A stretch of DNA of 59,914 nt, taken from contig CAMNCG010000001.1 in NCBI GenBank assembly GCA_946534105.1, forward strand, positions 1 to 59,914. The letters are read 5' to 3'. Source of the DNA: an uncultured Verrucomicrobiota bacterium. GTDB lineage: Bacteria > Verrucomicrobiota > Kiritimatiellia > RFP12 > UBA3636. The notes under the pieces are model-generated. The model saw only the letters and a list, made by a program, of their open reading frames with translations. It was not told where the DNA came from and did not search any database. Numbering within the stretch: position 1 is the stretch's first letter; every line of letters begins with the position of its first letter. This document shows positions 55,503-59,914 of the stretch, one piece after another. A program made the position numbers and the translations under genes.

Positions 55503-56071
55503 GCCTGGGCCTCCTTGGCCTTGATTTCTTCGACGACCTTGACGGCCGCGGCCGGGGTGATCTTGCCGTAGACCTTGTCGTCCACGAGCATGACGGGCGC
55601 GAGGCCGCAGGCGCCGACGCAGCGGAGCGAACCGAGCGAGAAGAGCCCGTCGGCCGTCGGCGTGGTGTCCGCCTTGATGCCGAGCACGCGCTCGAGCTCG
55701 CGCAGGACCCCCTCGGAGCCCTTCACGTAGCAGGCCGTGCCGAGGCACACGTTGATGACGTGCTTGCCCTTGGGCTTGGTGGTGAAGTAGTTGTAGAACG
55801 AGACGACGCCGGAGACCGCGCTTTCCGGGATGTTCATCTTCTCGGCAACGTGCTGCTGCACTTCGCGCGGGAGATACCCGAAAACGTGCTGCGCGCGGTG
55901 GAGGATCTGGATCAGGCGGCCGCGGCGGCGCTCGTCGGCGGGATCCAGGCCGAGCGAATCGATGAACGCATCGAGCTCGGCGAACTTGGCTTCCGCCGCG
56001 GAAGAGAACTTCCTGCAGCCGCAACAGGCGGCGCCCTTCTCTTCGGGGGCGGTTGGGGTGGGTTCGCTCAC
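55499..56071 (-). CDS. hydC: NuoE-like [2Fe-2S] subunit of the hydrogenase
   Basis: The motifs VCLGTACYVKG and CVGACGLAP are present. I prefer the GTG at 56071 because AAGGA sits 9 nt upstream. An alternative in-frame ATG lies at 56122. It overlaps hydB by 4 nt. Confidence 0.8.
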   Translation of the reverse strand: MSEPTPTAPEEKGAACCGCRKFSSAAEAKFAELDAFIDSLGLDPADERRRGRLIQILHRAQHVFGYLPREVQQHVAEKMNIPESAVSGVVSFYNYFTTKPKGKHVINVCLGTACYVKGSEGVLRELERVLGIKADTTPTADGLFSLGSLRCVGACGLAPVMLVDDKVYGKITPAAAVKVVEEIKAKEAQA

Positions 56072-56181
56072 TGGGGATTTTCCTTCGTTGGTTGCGTAGG
56101 GTTCTTGCGCGGACGGGCCCATGTTCCCGGGCCCGCCGCAACGCGCGGACGGCAAGCCGACCGCAAGCGCGTACGGCTCTC

Positions 56182-56210
56182 ATTATGCCACCGACTCGGA
56201 TTCCCGGCAA
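56182..56210 (-). promoter_or_regulatory. sigma70-like promoter for hydCBA
   Basis: The minus strand reads TTGCCG, a 17-nt spacer, then CATAAT. Confidence 0.3.
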
Positions 56211-56221
56211 GAAAAAAGTCC

Positions 56222-56250
56222 TTGAACGCCGGAACGGAACATGGTATATA
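56222..56250 (+). promoter_or_regulatory. sigma70-like promoter for the DAHP synthase gene
   Basis: TTGAAC (56222-56227), a 17-nt spacer, then TATATA (56245-56250). It lies about 40 nt upstream of the ATG at 56290. Confidence 0.4.
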
Positions 56251-56289
56251 CTGGAGTTGCTTGCAAAATGTTAGTCTGAACTTACAATC

Positions 56290-57369
56290 ATGGCCGCCCC
56301 CTTCCGTCCGGACCGATGCGTGAGATCCGTCGATCCCCTTCCATCCCCCGCCGACCTGAAGCGATTCGATCCGCTCCTGCCCCAGCAGGAAAAGCTCGTC
56401 GCGGGGTTCCGCAACGCCATTCGCGCGATTCTCGACGGCACGGACGCGCGGCTCCTCGCGGTCGTGGGCCCGTGTTCGATCCACGATGTCGTGGAGGCGG
56501 ACGAATACGCCCAACGGCTCTCCGGCCTCGCGCACGAGCTCTCGGAGTCTCTCTTCGTCATCATGCGCGTGTACTTCGAGAAGCCGCGCGGGGCGTCGGA
56601 CTGGAGCGGATTCCTCACGGACCCGTTCATGGACGGGATGTTCCACGTCGAGGAGGGGCTGAAGGCGTCGCGCAAGTTCCTGCACCACCTCGTTCGCATG
56701 GAGCTTCCGGCCGGAACGGAGGCGCTCGACCCGATCCTTCCGGCGTACCTCGGGGACATGTTCTCGTGGATGGCGATCGGGCAGCGCGCGAGCGAATCGA
56801 ACGCCCACCGCTGGATCGCGAGCGGGCTTCCGGTGCCCGTGGGCTTCAAGAACGGACCGCGCGAAGACGGGCTCTCGAAGGCCGCCGCCGCGATCCGGGC
56901 GGCGACGCGCCCGCAGGACTACCTCGGACTCGCCGACGACGGACGGCTCTCGGTGATCCACACCTGCGGCAACGAGTACGCCCACCTCGTCCTGCGCGGT
57001 TCGGGCGACAGCCCGAACTACGGGGCGGCGTCGATTTCCCGAGCGGAGGAGGCGCTTGACGCGGCCGGTCAGCCCCAGCATGTCGTCGTGGACTGTTCGC
57101 ACGGCAACTCGCACTACGATCCGGCGAGGCAGGGGGACGTCCTGCGCGACGTGCTCGCGCAGATCGAAAACGGAAACACGTCGATCGCGGGCTTCATGCT
57201 CGAAAGCTACCTCGAATGGGGCAACCAGCAGCCGCGGATCGGGCGCGCGCACCTCCAGCCCGGCGTCTCGGTCACCGACCCGTGCATCGACTGGCCGACG
57301 ACCGAGATCCTCCTGCGCGAGGCGGCGGAGCGCTTCCAGAAGGTCCGCGAGGACCTCGGACTGGCGTAG
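56290..57369 (+). CDS. aroG: 3-deoxy-7-phosphoheptulonate (DAHP) synthase, class I
   Basis: It aligns by eye with E. coli AroG. Examples are GPCSIHD, IMRVYFEKPR, W.AIG.R..ES..HR..ASGL..PVGFKNG and ILRG. Which isozyme (F, G or H) it is cannot be told. Confidence 0.85.
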   Translation: MAAPFRPDRCVRSVDPLPSPADLKRFDPLLPQQEKLVAGFRNAIRAILDGTDARLLAVVGPCSIHDVVEADEYAQRLSGLAHELSESLFVIMRVYFEKPRGASDWSGFLTDPFMDGMFHVEEGLKASRKFLHHLVRMELPAGTEALDPILPAYLGDMFSWMAIGQRASESNAHRWIASGLPVPVGFKNGPREDGLSKAAAAIRAATRPQDYLGLADDGRLSVIHTCGNEYAHLVLRGSGDSPNYGAASISRAEEALDAAGQPQHVVVDCSHGNSHYDPARQGDVLRDVLAQIENGNTSIAGFMLESYLEWGNQQPRIGRAHLQPGVSVTDPCIDWPTTEILLREAAERFQKVREDLGLA

Positions 57370-57371
57370 GC

Positions 57372-59903
57372 GTGGGCCTCCCGCTGCCAGACCTTCCGGC
57401 CGTCGCGGCCGTGCCGGAACTCCGGGCCGCGCTCTCGGCGCCAGGTTCCGCCGCGGTCTTTTCCGCGCCGCCCGGATCCGGAAAAACGACCGCGCTGCCG
57501 CTTTCGCTTCTGGACGAGCCGTGGATGCGCGGCGCCCAAATGCTCCTTCTGGAGCCGCGCCGCGTCGCGGCGCGCGCCGCCGCGTGGCGGATGTCGGACC
57601 TCGCCGGAGACGCGCCGGGCGGTCTCGTCGGCTACCGGATGCGGCTCGAGGGCCGGTCCTCGGCGGCGACGCGCGTCCTCGTCCTCACGGAGGGCATGCT
57701 CGCGCGGATGGTCCTTTCCGACCCGGAGCTCCGCGGCGTCGCCCTCGTCGTGTTCGACGAATTCCACGAACGTTCGCTCCAGGCGGACTTCGGGCTCGCG
57801 CTCGCGCTCGACGCCCGCCGCGGCCTCCGGCCCGACCTGCGGATTCTCGTGATGTCCGCGACGATCGACGAATCGGCCGTCGCGGCGAAGCTCGGTCCCG
57901 GCACGGCCGCCCTCCGCGCCGGCGGCCGTCTCTACCCGGTCGAAACGGAGTTCGCGGCGTTCCCGCAGGAGCCGTCGATCGCCCGCAAGACGGCGCTCGG
58001 CGTCCGCCGGGCCCTCGCCGCCCGCGCCGGCTCGGTGCTCGCGTTCCTCCCCGGCGAGGGCGAAATCCGGACCTGCGTCTCGGTCCTCTCGGAGAGCGGC
58101 TCCCTGCCGCGCGACGTCGACCTGCGCCCGCTTTTCGCCGCGCTGCCGCGCGCGGAGCAGGACGCCGCGCTCGCGCCGGCCCCGCCCGGGCGGCGGAAGG
58201 TCGTCCTCGCGACCTCGATCGCCGAGTCGTCGCTCACCATCGACGGCGTCGGATGCGTCGTCGATTCCGGCTGGGCCCGGGTCTCGCGCTTTTCGCCCGA
58301 CACCGGCATGAGCCATCTCGAAACGGTCCGCGTCTCCCGGGACCGCGCCGACCAGCGCACCGGCCGCGCCGGCCGTCTCGGCCCGGGCTGGTGCCTGCGG
58401 CTCTGGGACGAAGGAACGGACCGCCGGCTCGCCTCCTCCTCCCCCCCCGAAATCCTCGACGCCGACCTCGCGCCGGTCGCCCTCGCCTGCGCCGACTGGG
58501 GCGTGTCGGCGCCCGGCGGCCTGCCGTGGCCGACCCTCCCGCCCGCCGATTCCTGGCGCGCCGCGCGCGAAACGCTCGCCGCGCTCGGCGCCCTCGGGCG
58601 CGACGGCGCCGTGACGCCGCTCGGCCGCGAAATGGCCGCCCTCGGGGTCCACCCGCGCCTCGCGCGCATGGTCCTCGGAGCGAGGGCGCTCGGGGACGCG
58701 GCGTTTTCGGAAGCCTGCCTCCTCGCCGCCGCGCTTTCCGAAAACCTCCCGTCTTCGGCGAGGCCGTCTTCCAACGCCGAACACCTCGTGCGAGACCTCC
58801 AGGAGGGCGGAGGCCCCGTGCCGCCGCCGCTCCGCGCCCGCATCCGCGAACTCGCGCGTTCGATCGCGCGATCGGCTTCCGGCCGCGGCGCCAGCCCCGC
58901 CCCGGCGCCGGGCGGCGCGCCGGAGCGCGCCGTCCCGACCGGCGAAATCCTCGCCCTCGCCTACCCCGACCGCGTCGCGCGCCGCCGCGCCCTCGCGAAG
59001 AGCGAAGGCCGGTACCGCATGGTCGGCGGGCGCGGCGCCTGCCTCGCGCCCGGCGACGGCCTCGCGCGCAGCGAGTGGATCGTCGTCGCGGAAATCGACG
59101 GAGCGGAGGCCGACGGCGCGATCCGCCTCGCCGCCCCGCTCCGCGGCGAGGACGTGGAACGCCTCTTTTCGGACCGGTTCGAAACCGCCCGGATCCTCGA
59201 ATGGAACGCCCGGACCGAACGCGTGGACGCCGTGACGCGCACCTCCCTCGGCGCCGTGCCGGTCCGCGAAACGCCGCTTCCCGACCCCGACCCCGAGGCC
59301 GTGCTCGCCGCGCTCTGCGCGGGGATCCGCGCGGCGGGGATTTCCCGGCTCGGATGGACCGACGCCGCCGCGCGCCTCCGCGAGCGCGTCGCCTTCGCCC
59401 GAAGCGCCGCGCCGGACGAGGGCTTTCCGGACTGGTCGGACGAAGCCCTCGCGCGCGATCTCGAATCGTGGCTCGGGCCGCGCCTGTTCGGCCTGCATTC
59501 GCTCGCCCAGGCCGCCAAGGCCGACCTCGCGTCCGCGCTGCGCGACTCGCTCGGCGCGCTCGCCCGCCGGCTCGACGCCCTCGCGCCGGCCGCGATCGTC
59601 GTGCCGACCGGCACGCACGTCGCCGTGGACTACTCCGGGAACGCCCCGGTGGCGTCCGTCCGGCTCCAGGAATGCTTCGGCATGACCGAGACCCCGCGCG
59701 TCGCCGGCGGCCGCGTGCCGGTGCTCCTGCAGCTGCTCTCGCCCGCCATGCGGCCCGTCCAGACGACGTCGGACATCACGTCGTTCTGGCGCGGAGGATA
59801 CGCGCTCGTGCGCAAGGAAATGCGCGGCCGCTATCCCCGCCACTACTGGCCCGAAGACCCGCTCTCCGCCACCCCGACGCGCCGCGCGAAGCCCCGCTCG
59901 TAG
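57372..59903 (+). CDS. hrpB: ATP-dependent RNA helicase HrpB (DEAH-box)
   Basis: GTG at 57372, 2 nt after the aroG stop. The motifs APPGSGKTT, the DEFHER box, MSAT, LATSIAE.SLTI.GV and QR.GRAGR are present. The characteristic HrpB C-terminal domain is also present (YPRHYWPEDP). Confidence 0.9.
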   Translation: MGLPLPDLPAVAAVPELRAALSAPGSAAVFSAPPGSGKTTALPLSLLDEPWMRGAQMLLLEPRRVAARAAAWRMSDLAGDAPGGLVGYRMRLEGRSSAATRVLVLTEGMLARMVLSDPELRGVALVVFDEFHERSLQADFGLALALDARRGLRPDLRILVMSATIDESAVAAKLGPGTAALRAGGRLYPVETEFAAFPQEPSIARKTALGVRRALAARAGSVLAFLPGEGEIRTCVSVLSESGSLPRDVDLRPLFAALPRAEQDAALAPAPPGRRKVVLATSIAESSLTIDGVGCVVDSGWARVSRFSPDTGMSHLETVRVSRDRADQRTGRAGRLGPGWCLRLWDEGTDRRLASSSPPEILDADLAPVALACADWGVSAPGGLPWPTLPPADSWRAARETLAALGALGRDGAVTPLGREMAALGVHPRLARMVLGARALGDAAFSEACLLAAALSENLPSSARPSSNAEHLVRDLQEGGGPVPPPLRARIRELARSIARSASGRGASPAPAPGGAPERAVPTGEILALAYPDRVARRRALAKSEGRYRMVGGRGACLAPGDGLARSEWIVVAEIDGAEADGAIRLAAPLRGEDVERLFSDRFETARILEWNARTERVDAVTRTSLGAVPVRETPLPDPDPEAVLAALCAGIRAAGISRLGWTDAAARLRERVAFARSAAPDEGFPDWSDEALARDLESWLGPRLFGLHSLAQAAKADLASALRDSLGALARRLDALAPAAIVVPTGTHVAVDYSGNAPVASVRLQECFGMTETPRVAGGRVPVLLQLLSPAMRPVQTTSDITSFWRGGYALVRKEMRGRYPRHYWPEDPLSATPTRRAKPRS

Positions 59904-59914
59904 CGGCGCCCGCC

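Overview
This is a 59.9-kb chromosomal window from a very GC-rich bacterium. My hand counts of single 60-nt lines give about 70% G+C in the flanks. The gene content suggests an anaerobic, polysaccharide-degrading member of the PVC group. The hints are a prepilin-type protein with an H-X9-DG tail, many secreted glycoside hydrolases, and a trimeric [FeFe] hydrogenase. This taxonomic placement is inference only.

Most of the window is ordinary:
- a deoxyhexose (rhamnose/fucose-type) catabolic locus with an AraC/XylR-type regulator, fucO and rhaA
- larB-larC, truB, a PurF-like gene and a GT4 glycosyltransferase
- a GH78-like hydrolase, ribH-rbfA, metK, gmd and glgP
- cpaB plus an FHA-fused cpaF, hslO and purM
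- an operon headed by an ECF sigma factor that encodes secreted proteins and glycoside hydrolases
- hydCBA, a DAHP synthase and hrpB

The standout is an AT-richer island of about 11 kb (about 20.56-31.46 kb). My spot counts there are 35-57% G+C. It lies between housekeeping genes and has no integrase or tRNA. It carries a tightly coupled minus-strand gene string:
- a 920-aa dynamin-like GTPase with an LGFP-like N-terminal module and a glycine-zipper membrane paddle
- a 1088-aa HerA/FtsK-type P-loop ATPase that overlaps the GTPase gene by 8 nt
- a WHH-type HNH/EndoVII nuclease protein, starting 1 nt after the ATPase stop
- a SUKH (SMI1/KNR4) immunity protein
- two proteins of unknown function
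- an HNH endonuclease
- a GH16 gene interrupted by an in-frame TGA

I regard the dynamin-like GTPase, HerA-like ATPase and nuclease/immunity module as a candidate undescribed conflict system, either phage defence or toxin delivery.

All family assignments come from motif recognition by eye, because no database search was possible. Start codons are inferred. The many long Arg/Gly/Ala-rich ORFs in the track are antisense shadows typical of high-GC DNA, and I rejected them.
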